IMG/VR virus record: IMGVR_UViG_3300025653_000228
Span: 1-26,230 of that record
Direction: 5' to 3' (one strand)
Source: a virus
Taxonomy: Duplodnaviria > Caudoviricetes
Length of the DNA: 26,230 bases
Part shown: piece after piece, positions 1-7,708 of the stretch
How the letters are laid out: every line of letters starts with the position of its first letter
Numbering within the stretch: the first letter of the stretch is position 1
Made by a program: the position numbers and the translations under genes
The notes under the pieces: generated by a model
Told to the model about the DNA's origin: nothing
What the model saw: the letters and a program-made list of their open reading frames with translations, nothing else
The model's database searches: none

Positions 1-33
1 GGTAACGATGAGTTCAGCTTTGTTTACACCTGA
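1..33 (+). CDS. 3' end of probable major tail tube protein (partial)
   Basis: Frame 1 reads GNDEFSFVYT-stop (TGA 31-33). It lies just upstream of a terminator, the tail chaperones and the tape measure gene, the usual position of the major tail protein. Only 10 codons are visible. Confidence 0.55.
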   Translation, partial: GNDEFSFVYT

Positions 34-63
34 TTAGAATCTGATCGGGAATGAAGGTCGTCG

Positions 64-92
64 GGGCTGCACCGCAAATGCAGCCCTTTTTT
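64..92 (+). terminator. Rho-independent terminator
   Basis: GGGCTGCA (64-71), 7-nt loop, TGCAGCCC (79-86) form a perfect 8-bp stem, followed by TTTTTT (87-92). Confidence 0.85.
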
Positions 93-130
93 ATTGGGTG
101 TATGCTTGTCTGGTATCGCATTTATTTTGC

Positions 131-457
131 ATGGCATTCGTGCGCAAAAAGGTCAAGGTCTTTACTTGGCCTGTTTCGATCGAAGAGCCCTCTGATGGCG
201 GCAATTTTGACACCGCGACGTTTGACGCGAAATTCAAGCGCGTTGGCCGCAAGGAATTTCAAAAGCTTGGCGAGAAAGGCGAGCTTGATCTCCTGAAGGT
301 GATCATGGTCGGATGGGAAGGCATTGTTGACGAAGAAGGGAAAGAGATCCCTTTTTCCTTGGAGGTGATGCGCGAGTTTTCCGATGATCCTTATTGGATT
401 CGTGGTGTTTTGAAGGCTTACACCGAGACATTTGAAGGCGGCCGCCAGGGAAACTAA
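131..457 (+). CDS. Tail assembly chaperone (lambda gpG analogue), ~108 aa
   Basis: MAFVRKKVKVFTWPV...GWEGIVDEEGKEIPFS...GGRQGN. The ATG at 131 is preferred over the track's GTG at 98. Sits between the tail tube gene and the TMP and ends on the slippery heptamer GGGAAAC. Confidence 0.85.
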   Translation: MAFVRKKVKVFTWPVSIEEPSDGGNFDTATFDAKFKRVGRKEFQKLGEKGELDLLKVIMVGWEGIVDEEGKEIPFSLEVMREFSDDPYWIRGVLKAYTETFEGGRQGN

Positions 458-490
458 AGGATGCCGCCGTTTACTGGGCTAGTGGCGGCA
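448..490 (+). promoter_or_regulatory. Programmed -1 ribosomal frameshift signal of the tail chaperones
   Basis: G GGA AAC (448-454) fits X XXY YYZ in the chaperone frame, directly before TAA. After a 7-nt spacer is the hairpin TGCCGCC (462-468) / GGCGGCA (484-490). The -1 frame is open to 798. Confidence 0.9.
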
Positions 491-798
491 AAAGGGTAGA
501 AGATAAAAGTCGGGAAGACGCTGCTGTTTTCGGCATCGTCCTTCCCGAGAAGCCTAAAGAAGACAATAATTTTATTGTTTGGGAAGAAAACTGGGAGTCA
601 GTCATGATGTTCTTGCGTATGCAGACGCAATGGACGACAACCATGTCTGGTTACATGGGCTTGCGATATGACGTGCTGCTTTGCCCTGGCGGATTGTTTG
701 ACCTCTACAATGTGGACAATCGCCGCGAGATGCTGGAAGACCTTCAGACCATGGAGGCTGCAGCGTTAAGCGAATTGGCCAAGGACAAGGATGGCTAG
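448..798 (+). CDS. Frameshift extension of the tail chaperone (gpT analogue, DUF1799-like); fusion product spans 131..798
   Basis: The -1 frame reads KLKDAAVYWASGG...VWEENWESVMMFLRMQTQW...GLRYD...LQTMEAAAL and is continuous with the track ORF 604..798. The WxENW / TQW / GLxY / MExAAL motifs match what I recall for DUF1799-type gpT proteins. Confidence 0.85.
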   Translation, partial: GKLKDAAVYWASGGKRVEDKSREDAAVFGIVLPEKPKEDNNFIVWEENWESVMMFLRMQTQWTTTMSGYMGLRYDVLLCPGGLFDLYNVDNRREMLEDLQTMEAAALSELAKDKDG

Positions 799-3700
799 CA
801 AGCAAATTCAGGACATTAAGATCCGCCTTGGTATTGAAGGTTTTGAGGGTCTTGACCGAATCAAAGGCTCCTTTCGGGAGCTTGCAAAGGTAACAAATCT
901 TAGTGACAAGGATATTTCGCGTGCTCGCGATAGCCTTGTTGATTTCGCAAAAAAAGCAGGAGATACTCAGCAGGCCAGCAAAGGGCTTATTGACGCGCTG
1001 AAGGGACTTCAGGCGCAGGCAACGAGAAATTCTTCTACTTACAATAAATTAAGCGAAGACATTATTGATTTCAATCAGTCATTGAGGGTGACTGATGCAG
1101 AAATCCAAAAGCAGGCTGAATTGCTTGCCAAATCTGCGCGCGCTCATACACAGTCCGAGGCCTCTATTAAAGGTCATGTCAAGGCCCTGCAAGATCTGCG
1201 TACTCAGGCATCTCTTGGCGGGCAAGCATATATCGGTATTGGCGCTGAAATTGATCGACTAAATACAAAACTTGAAGAGGGCACGAAAAAAAGCCGCTCG
1301 TACCGCAGCGTTTTAGGCCAAGCGCTGTCTGGTGATTCAGAAAAGCTTTCCGGTCAGCTTGAAAAATTAAGGCAAGTTTTGGCTGATGCCGGCAATACTG
1401 CTGAGCAGACTGGCCGTGCCATGGCTCAGTTGGCGGTTGGTGGTGCAACTGAGTCGCGAAATCGTATTGCGGCTTTTACAAAAGAAATAGAAGAGCAGCG
1501 TCGCGCAATCGCGAGACTTGACGAATCCTTTCTTGATCTACCAAAAACCCCGGCAATTTACGCTCAAAGACTTAGCGAGCTAAATCTTGAATTAAATAAC
1601 AGTGTAATTGCTAGCGGTCGATATTACGAAATTCTTTCTGATATTTCAACACTTCAGCTTGAATTGCAGCGCGCGCAAGCAATTGGGCGCGGACAGGTGT
1701 TATTTGAGCGACTTTCTCTCCCGGAAGGGGCTTCTTCAAGACTTGCCTCCACCCAGCGCAATCTGGGGATGGTCATTGGCGCACTTCGCGAAGAAATGTC
1801 GATGCTCGATACGAGCACCGCAGAAGGAAGTGCAAAGTTTGCGCAACAGTCGCGCCAAGTGGCTCAACTTGAAGAGCAGCTCAAGAAGCTTGAAAATCAA
1901 TATGTCAGTGTTGGCCAGTCTCAGGCCGCCGCTCAGCAAGGCATTAATCCTTACGGTCCTTCTGGAGCAAGAAATCCCCTTTACGGCGAAGATATTGCGC
2001 AGCAAGCCATTGAAGGCGTCAAAGAATTCAGGGAAACATATAACAATGCAATAGATAATTTAATTTCCGCAAAAGCAACCTTTAGAGAAAACGAGGCTCG
2101 CTTAATTGCTGAGGGCGATCGACAGCAAGAGCAGGCCCATCTTGCGGAGATGGATCGATCTAGGGCTGAATTTGAACAAGCTGATCGCGTTTTTAAAAAA
2201 ATACTTGAAACTCGGACTTCGCTGCTTGAGCTTCAAAAAAGAGCCGCTGCATCGGCAATGGGCCTTGGCGGTCGAGAGCTTTCTCCGCTTTATGAAAGAA
2301 TCACCGGCTTGGCTGGCGCGTCGGTGCAGCGCGAGCAATTGATGATGGGCCGAAGCGCCACTCAAGTGCTCACCGATATGCTGACTGCCTTTGAAAAAGG
2401 TGGTCGTGGCGTTAACATTAAGCAGAAAAGTACTGAAATTGGCGAAAGCATTGCGCAAGGGGTGGCAAATGGCGCCAGCGATAAAAATACATTGATTTCT
2501 GGCGCAAATAATCTTTCGATTCAGTTTATTGCGTCCCTTAAAAAAGCATTCAAGATCAAGAGCCCCTCTCAGGAATCTCGCGATCAGATTGGCGTCCCTA
2601 TTGGAGAAGGTATTGGCCAGGGAATCATCCAGGGGCTCAAGGCGGTAAAGGGAGATGTGATCGCAGCTGTACGTGTTCTTTTTTCGGACATAGCTGCTAC
2701 CCCGCAAAAAGCAGGTCTTCCGCCCCGGCAGACGAGTGACCTTGCGGATAAACTGCAATCATTTTTAGCTCGAAGCTCTTCAAGGACTTCCGCGTTTCTA
2801 CCTTTCGCTCGCCTTATGGGAGAAGATGTTAAGTCTTCCCCTGCGCTTACTCTTGCAGCTTACAGAAAGGCTTATGAACGCGGCGGAATTGTACCTTCGA
2901 TGTACATGCCAGCCGAGCAACGCAGAGCAGTTCGCGGAGTTTCTGGGTTGCCTGGCTATGGATTAGAGCAGGAAATTATTTCTGGAGCAGTTCGCAATGT
3001 TGGTCGCACAGGTGCTTTCGTTGGTCCGTTGGCTGGCCCGAGAACCACCTCGACCGGAATTCGCAGTGTCATTCCTCAAGGGACTTTTCTGCCCCAGCCA
3101 GTCGGGACGCCTCCTGAATTCAAAAAGCTAGCCTCTGCCTTAGCAAAAATTGCCGCTGCACCAGAAACTGCATCTCGGCAAATTTCTGGAGCGGGATTCC
3201 TAAACCTTCCTACTGCAGCGACAGGCCTTAGTGGCTCTGCATTAAATCAAATTGTAAACCAAAGCTTTTGGAAGCAATTAGGCGCAAGGCCTTTTGCTGG
3301 GCAGATTTCTCCTCTATTCCCACCGTCTTCTCCTGTACGTGAAAGGCAGATTTCCAGTTATGGGATGGCTTCGGCTGAATCTTTTCCAGTCGAAGGAATG
3401 CTTGGCACTGGTCGATCTTTGCGTTTTGGGAGAGAGAGTGCGGCCGCTTCTACAAAAGAGGCGATTTCCTCATATCGAAATGCTGTCAGTAATTTCTGGG
3501 AAGGTGAAACTGGCACTTTTGAGACTATTCGTCGAATTGTCTCTTCTGGCGTTCAATTGAGTGCAAGCAAGCTTGCGCGTCGTCTGACTGAGTCAGTTGA
3601 GCTGCCAAGCATTTCAAGTATTGGAGCGCGGGCTCGCGGCATTTTTCCGAGTATTTCTGGTTTACGCGGTCGTTTACCACAAGCTCCGAGTTTTGAAAAT

Positions 3701-6700
3701 TTGTTAAACAAGCTGCCTGATTTGCCTGAATTTATGACTGGGGAGAAGGCTTTTCTCCGTAGCTTGAATGTCATGGAAGGCGCCTATGGAGCAGCCAGGC
3801 TCGGAGGCTTTCCGATTGAGGGTATGGCTCGAATTGGCAACGTTCCGGCAGGGGGCGGGTCCTTTGTTCCGATGGCTGGTGCGGCGGCTGCAGGTGGCGG
3901 CGGTGGCGGCGGTCGTCCACCTGCTGCAGTCATACCGCCTGCAGCTCCTTCCGAATATCAAAAACTTACTAGCGCTGTAAAGCGTTTTGGTGATGTAAGT
4001 CGTCGAAGCACTTCTGATTTGCGTGATTTTGCCGGCAGCTTGACATCTCTTCAAGATATTCTTGATCCAACAGCTGCTGATTTCAAGCAAGTAAATCAGG
4101 AAATTGAAAGACAAAACAAGCTTGTTGGACGCGAATTGCAAAGGCGTCAACCAGGGGGTCGCCGAGGCTTGAGCGGAATGCAGCTTGCCCAAGGCGTTGG
4201 CGCTGCAATTAGTGGCGGAATTTTTGGTGGCCCCGAGGGCTTGATTGGTGGCCTTGGCGGCTTGGCTGTTGGTGGTGTTGGCGGTGCATTTGCCGGCGCT
4301 GCATTTGGCGCTCAAGTGGGTGGTTTGAGGCAGCAACTGGGAGGATTCGCTGAATATGCCGCTCAAATTCAAAAACTTGAAATCGCTCTTGAAAATACTG
4401 CTGGCAGTCAGGCTGAATTCAATCGAGCCATTAAGGCCGCTTCTGATGTAACAAAGACGTTAAATGTACCCCAGGAAGTCGCAATTTCTGGCATGACTCG
4501 GCTTTCGGCTGCAGTCAAGGGTGCTGGTGGTCAAATCAGTGATGCTGAGCTTGTTTTCAAGAACGTAACTGCTGCAATCAAAGGAACAGGTGGGGCGGCG
4601 CAAGATGTTGACGGTTCAGTTACGGCTCTAGTACAAATTTTTAGCAAAGGTAAAGTATCTGCAGAGGAAATAAATCAAATTGCAGAGCGACTGCCTGGCA
4701 CGTTTAATTTAATCGCAGAGGCTTCTGGCAGGACAGGCCCAGAGCTGTCTAAAGCGTTGGAGCAAGGAGCGGTCGGTCTTGATGATTTGATGAAATTTAT
4801 CGTTGAGCTTGGCAACAGATATTCAGAAGTAGCACAAAAAATTTCTGCATCTTCCCAGGACGCTGGCGCAAGACTTACCGTTGCGTTTAATTCAATGCGT
4901 CAATCTGTTGGCAAAGCCTTGCAACCTATTGGTGCTGAGTTCCAGGAATCGTTTGCTGACTTTGTTGAAAACATAACTCCCTTCTTGGCCGAAAATCTAC
5001 CCAAGATTGCTGGATTTGTCTTAGATCTATCAAAAAATCTCGTTCCTTTGGCCGGCGCTATTGGCGGTGTCGCCGCAGCTCTCGCAATACTGAATGCCAA
5101 GGCACTTCTTGCATCGGGAGGCATGACAGCGCTTGCGTCAGCAATTGGTGCGGCAAATCTTGTGGCTCTTGTTAATCCATATGTCGCGCTTGCGGCAGGG
5201 GTAGGACTACTTACCGCAAAATTGATTGGAGCCGTCAATAAGCAACGAGAGCTAAATAATCTGATTAAAGGTCAAGGTACGCTTGAGCAATTTAACAATA
5301 GATATCAAGAGATTGAGGGGCAAATAACGGCCGCCCAGGAAAAACTTACCGGACAAACAGGAAGACAGGCTCAAGCGACACGAAACAGAATAAATCAACT
5401 TAAAAGTTCTCTTTCTGACCTTGAAAAAGTTAGAGGCAAATTTGAGCAGGCAGTCCCTGAGCAAGAAAAAATCACCCCAAGTGATTTCCCCGACCCAACC
5501 GGCAAAGACTCCGGCAGTGGTCGCGCCAAGAAAGAACGTGAAAGCCAGTTGCCGCAATTGTTGGCTGAGCTTGCGGTAGCCGAGGAAATTGCTCGAGTTA
5601 ACGAAAAAATTCGAGAAGCTCAGCTGCAAGACAATCAATTCCTGCAAATCAGACTTGAGGGCGAAAAAAATCTAGCAAATATTGCCGGCGAAATTCGAGC
5701 CATTGCATTTGAAAAGATTCCCGCCGATGAAGCCGAAGTTAAGAAAAAGCTTTTGCTTTTGAAATTTGACGAATCGCGTCTTGATACTTTGCAGCGCCTC
5801 CGTCAGCTTGAAAAGGAGAATACTAAAGAGCTGACTTCTGGCCTGGACGAAGTAGCCAAAAAATACAAAGAGCAAAGAGAGAAAGGCAGCGCTGTTGCTG
5901 AGATGGTGAAAAAGGGCATTACGCCCGCCCTGGCTGAAGCGTATTATGAGATTGATAAAACTTATGAAAAAGAAAAAGAGAGAATTCAGCTAAAAATTGA
6001 AGAGCAAAAGCTTGCGATTGCCGGGCTAGACGTAGAAAGCAAAGTTAGGAAAGAGATTGAAAAGCAAATCGAAAACTTAGAAAAACTTTTAAAATTGCGC
6101 GGCCAAAAAGTCCCAGAGGCCAAAGAAGACGCCGCAGCGGAAGAAGAAAGAAAGCGACGCGAAAAAGAAGCCGAAGAAAAAGCGCAGCGACTCAAGAATC
6201 TTTACGGGGGCATTGTCTCGACAATTGAAGACGGAATCGTTGGCTCGTTTACTGCTGGCATTGAAAGCTTGATTGAGGGCACTAAAACATTGGGCCAAGC
6301 TTTGCAAGAAATCGCAAGCGGTGTGCTCAAGGACATTGGTCAGTTGTTGCTTCGCTTTGGCGTAAACGCGGGCTTGCGTGCTGTATTCCCAGGTGCTTTT
6401 GCCGAAAAAGGCGCTTATTTCGCAAGCGGTCAAGCAAGTTTTGCCAAAAACAGCATTCAACCTTTTGCCATGGGCGGCATCGTCACCAAGCCCACTTTCT
6501 TTAAGTACGCCGATGGTGGCACGTTTAACAATGGCGTCATGGGCGAAGCCGGCCCGGAAGCGATCATGCCGCTCAAGCGTGGTCTTGATGGCAAGCTCGG
6601 TGTTGCGGCAAGGCTTGATGGAGCGCTTAAGCGTTACAGGCCGGTGCCAGGTAGCGCGGCGGCAGTTGCTGAGGGCGCAGAGCTTACAACAGGATCTTCG

Positions 6701-6889
6701 GCCGCAGGGGCTACGGCAATTGATGTCCGCTACAACGTCGAACGAATCAACAACGTGGATTACGTCACCAACCAAGAGTTCCAAGCCGGCCTGCAGCAGG
6801 CTGCCAGCCAAGGCGCTGAACGCGGCCAGCAGCTGGCACTACGCCGCCTGCAGCAATCCGTCACCACCCGCCGGAGGCTTGGAATCTGA
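791..6889 (+). CDS. Tail tape measure protein, 2032 aa
   Basis: Longest ORF, directly after the chaperone pair, rich in Ala/Gly/Leu with coiled-coil stretches. Contains a tape-measure domain motif (ALVQIFSKGKVSAEEINQIAERLPG), an IKSPS motif and a lambda-family C-terminal FAMGGIV...GEAGPEAIMPLKRG. Confidence 0.95.
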   Translation: MASKQIQDIKIRLGIEGFEGLDRIKGSFRELAKVTNLSDKDISRARDSLVDFAKKAGDTQQASKGLIDALKGLQAQATRNSSTYNKLSEDIIDFNQSLRVTDAEIQKQAELLAKSARAHTQSEASIKGHVKALQDLRTQASLGGQAYIGIGAEIDRLNTKLEEGTKKSRSYRSVLGQALSGDSEKLSGQLEKLRQVLADAGNTAEQTGRAMAQLAVGGATESRNRIAAFTKEIEEQRRAIARLDESFLDLPKTPAIYAQRLSELNLELNNSVIASGRYYEILSDISTLQLELQRAQAIGRGQVLFERLSLPEGASSRLASTQRNLGMVIGALREEMSMLDTSTAEGSAKFAQQSRQVAQLEEQLKKLENQYVSVGQSQAAAQQGINPYGPSGARNPLYGEDIAQQAIEGVKEFRETYNNAIDNLISAKATFRENEARLIAEGDRQQEQAHLAEMDRSRAEFEQADRVFKKILETRTSLLELQKRAAASAMGLGGRELSPLYERITGLAGASVQREQLMMGRSATQVLTDMLTAFEKGGRGVNIKQKSTEIGESIAQGVANGASDKNTLISGANNLSIQFIASLKKAFKIKSPSQESRDQIGVPIGEGIGQGIIQGLKAVKGDVIAAVRVLFSDIAATPQKAGLPPRQTSDLADKLQSFLARSSSRTSAFLPFARLMGEDVKSSPALTLAAYRKAYERGGIVPSMYMPAEQRRAVRGVSGLPGYGLEQEIISGAVRNVGRTGAFVGPLAGPRTTSTGIRSVIPQGTFLPQPVGTPPEFKKLASALAKIAAAPETASRQISGAGFLNLPTAATGLSGSALNQIVNQSFWKQLGARPFAGQISPLFPPSSPVRERQISSYGMASAESFPVEGMLGTGRSLRFGRESAAASTKEAISSYRNAVSNFWEGETGTFETIRRIVSSGVQLSASKLARRLTESVELPSISSIGARARGIFPSISGLRGRLPQAPSFENLLNKLPDLPEFMTGEKAFLRSLNVMEGAYGAARLGGFPIEGMARIGNVPAGGGSFVPMAGAAAAGGGGGGGRPPAAVIPPAAPSEYQKLTSAVKRFGDVSRRSTSDLRDFAGSLTSLQDILDPTAADFKQVNQEIERQNKLVGRELQRRQPGGRRGLSGMQLAQGVGAAISGGIFGGPEGLIGGLGGLAVGGVGGAFAGAAFGAQVGGLRQQLGGFAEYAAQIQKLEIALENTAGSQAEFNRAIKAASDVTKTLNVPQEVAISGMTRLSAAVKGAGGQISDAELVFKNVTAAIKGTGGAAQDVDGSVTALVQIFSKGKVSAEEINQIAERLPGTFNLIAEASGRTGPELSKALEQGAVGLDDLMKFIVELGNRYSEVAQKISASSQDAGARLTVAFNSMRQSVGKALQPIGAEFQESFADFVENITPFLAENLPKIAGFVLDLSKNLVPLAGAIGGVAAALAILNAKALLASGGMTALASAIGAANLVALVNPYVALAAGVGLLTAKLIGAVNKQRELNNLIKGQGTLEQFNNRYQEIEGQITAAQEKLTGQTGRQAQATRNRINQLKSSLSDLEKVRGKFEQAVPEQEKITPSDFPDPTGKDSGSGRAKKERESQLPQLLAELAVAEEIARVNEKIREAQLQDNQFLQIRLEGEKNLANIAGEIRAIAFEKIPADEAEVKKKLLLLKFDESRLDTLQRLRQLEKENTKELTSGLDEVAKKYKEQREKGSAVAEMVKKGITPALAEAYYEIDKTYEKEKERIQLKIEEQKLAIAGLDVESKVRKEIEKQIENLEKLLKLRGQKVPEAKEDAAAEEERKRREKEAEEKAQRLKNLYGGIVSTIEDGIVGSFTAGIESLIEGTKTLGQALQEIASGVLKDIGQLLLRFGVNAGLRAVFPGAFAEKGAYFASGQASFAKNSIQPFAMGGIVTKPTFFKYADGGTFNNGVMGEAGPEAIMPLKRGLDGKLGVAARLDGALKRYRPVPGSAAAVAEGAELTTGSSAAGATAIDVRYNVERINNVDYVTNQEFQAGLQQAASQGAERGQQLALRRLQQSVTTRRRLGI

Positions 6890-7356
6890 TGGACATCGCA
6901 CTCGGCAACTACCTGCGTCTCCAAAACCAAAAAGGAACGTCCAGCTTCTACTTCCAAAACTTCTTCATTCAGTCCACGACCACTTTCCAGGGCGACGAGT
7001 ACACATTTGTGCCTTACGGCTTCAGCGGCGTAACCGTCAACCGCAGTGGCGACAACACCGAAGCGACCCTGGTCTTCCCAAACAACGAGTTGACCAGGGC
7101 CTGGGCATTGAATGCAGTGCAACAGCGCTGGCTCGCTCGCGTTTATGTAATGGCCCTGGATCCAGATGACCGAACCACTGGAACCTTGATGCACCAATAC
7201 AACGGCGAGGTTGCAGCCGGCCAATGGGACGAGACCAGCCTGACGCTGAGCCTGAACACAATTTTGGATGCCGTTGGCTCTGACGTACCGTTGCGCCGGC
7301 TGACGCAATCACTGATCGGCAACATCCCAACCTCGGCCAATGTCCGACTGCGCTGA
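6889..7356 (+). CDS. Minor tail-tip/hub protein (gpL-like, DUF1833/DUF2163-like), 155 aa
   Basis: TGATG overlap with the TMP stop, beta-rich sequence with YTFVPYGF and VPLRR motifs, and position between the TMP and the NlpC/P60-like gene. It has no Cys, so it lacks the lambda gpL Fe-S cluster. Confidence 0.6.
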   Translation: MDIALGNYLRLQNQKGTSSFYFQNFFIQSTTTFQGDEYTFVPYGFSGVTVNRSGDNTEATLVFPNNELTRAWALNAVQQRWLARVYVMALDPDDRTTGTLMHQYNGEVAAGQWDETSLTLSLNTILDAVGSDVPLRRLTQSLIGNIPTSANVRLR

Positions 7357-7708
7357 TCTGGTCGGCCTGCGATACAGGCTTGGCGCGGACGGCAGCGACG
7401 GCGAAATCGACTGCATCCACCTCGTTTACACAGTGCTGGAACGTCTTGACATTGTGAGGCCAGAGTTCAACGAGGACTGGTACAACGCCTCCAGCTACAA
7501 GGTCTTGAGGGATCTACTGCGTTGGGGGGTGAGGGTTGATCGTCCTGAGTACGATGGAGACGTGTTGTTGATGACCCAAGGTAATTGGGCATTTGCCGTC
7601 GTATGGCTGAGCGGAGTCCTTTACATCAACACCGAGCTGGAAAAAGTGAGCTGGTGTTCGCTCCGTCAGTTAAGCGCGTACCGCTGCTTCCGTACGAAAA
7701 GCAGCTGA
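7340..7708 (+). CDS. NlpC/P60-like tail assembly protein (gpK-like), probably degenerate
   Basis: LVGLRYRLGADGSDGEIDCIHLV matches the G-x-(P)-Y-x-x-G-G...DC start of NlpC/P60. A GDVLL motif is present. Located between the L-like and J-like genes. Confidence 0.7.
   Translation: MSDCADLVGLRYRLGADGSDGEIDCIHLVYTVLERLDIVRPEFNEDWYNASSYKVLRDLLRWGVRVDRPEYDGDVLLMTQGNWAFAVVWLSGVLYINTELEKVSWCSLRQLSAYRCFRTKSS

Noticed and set aside
51-296. 81-aa ORF and the longer 98 start for the chaperone
   Set aside because: The 81-aa ORF runs through the terminator hairpin and overlaps the chaperone in another frame. The chaperone more plausibly starts at ATG 131.
7639-7646. Possible -1 frameshift (GGAAAAAG) fusing the NlpC/P60-like gene to the J-like gene
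   Set aside because: The frames are compatible, but the in-frame heptamer (G GAA AAA) is not a proper X XXY YYZ, no clear downstream hairpin was seen, and a GTG at 7654 explains initiation.
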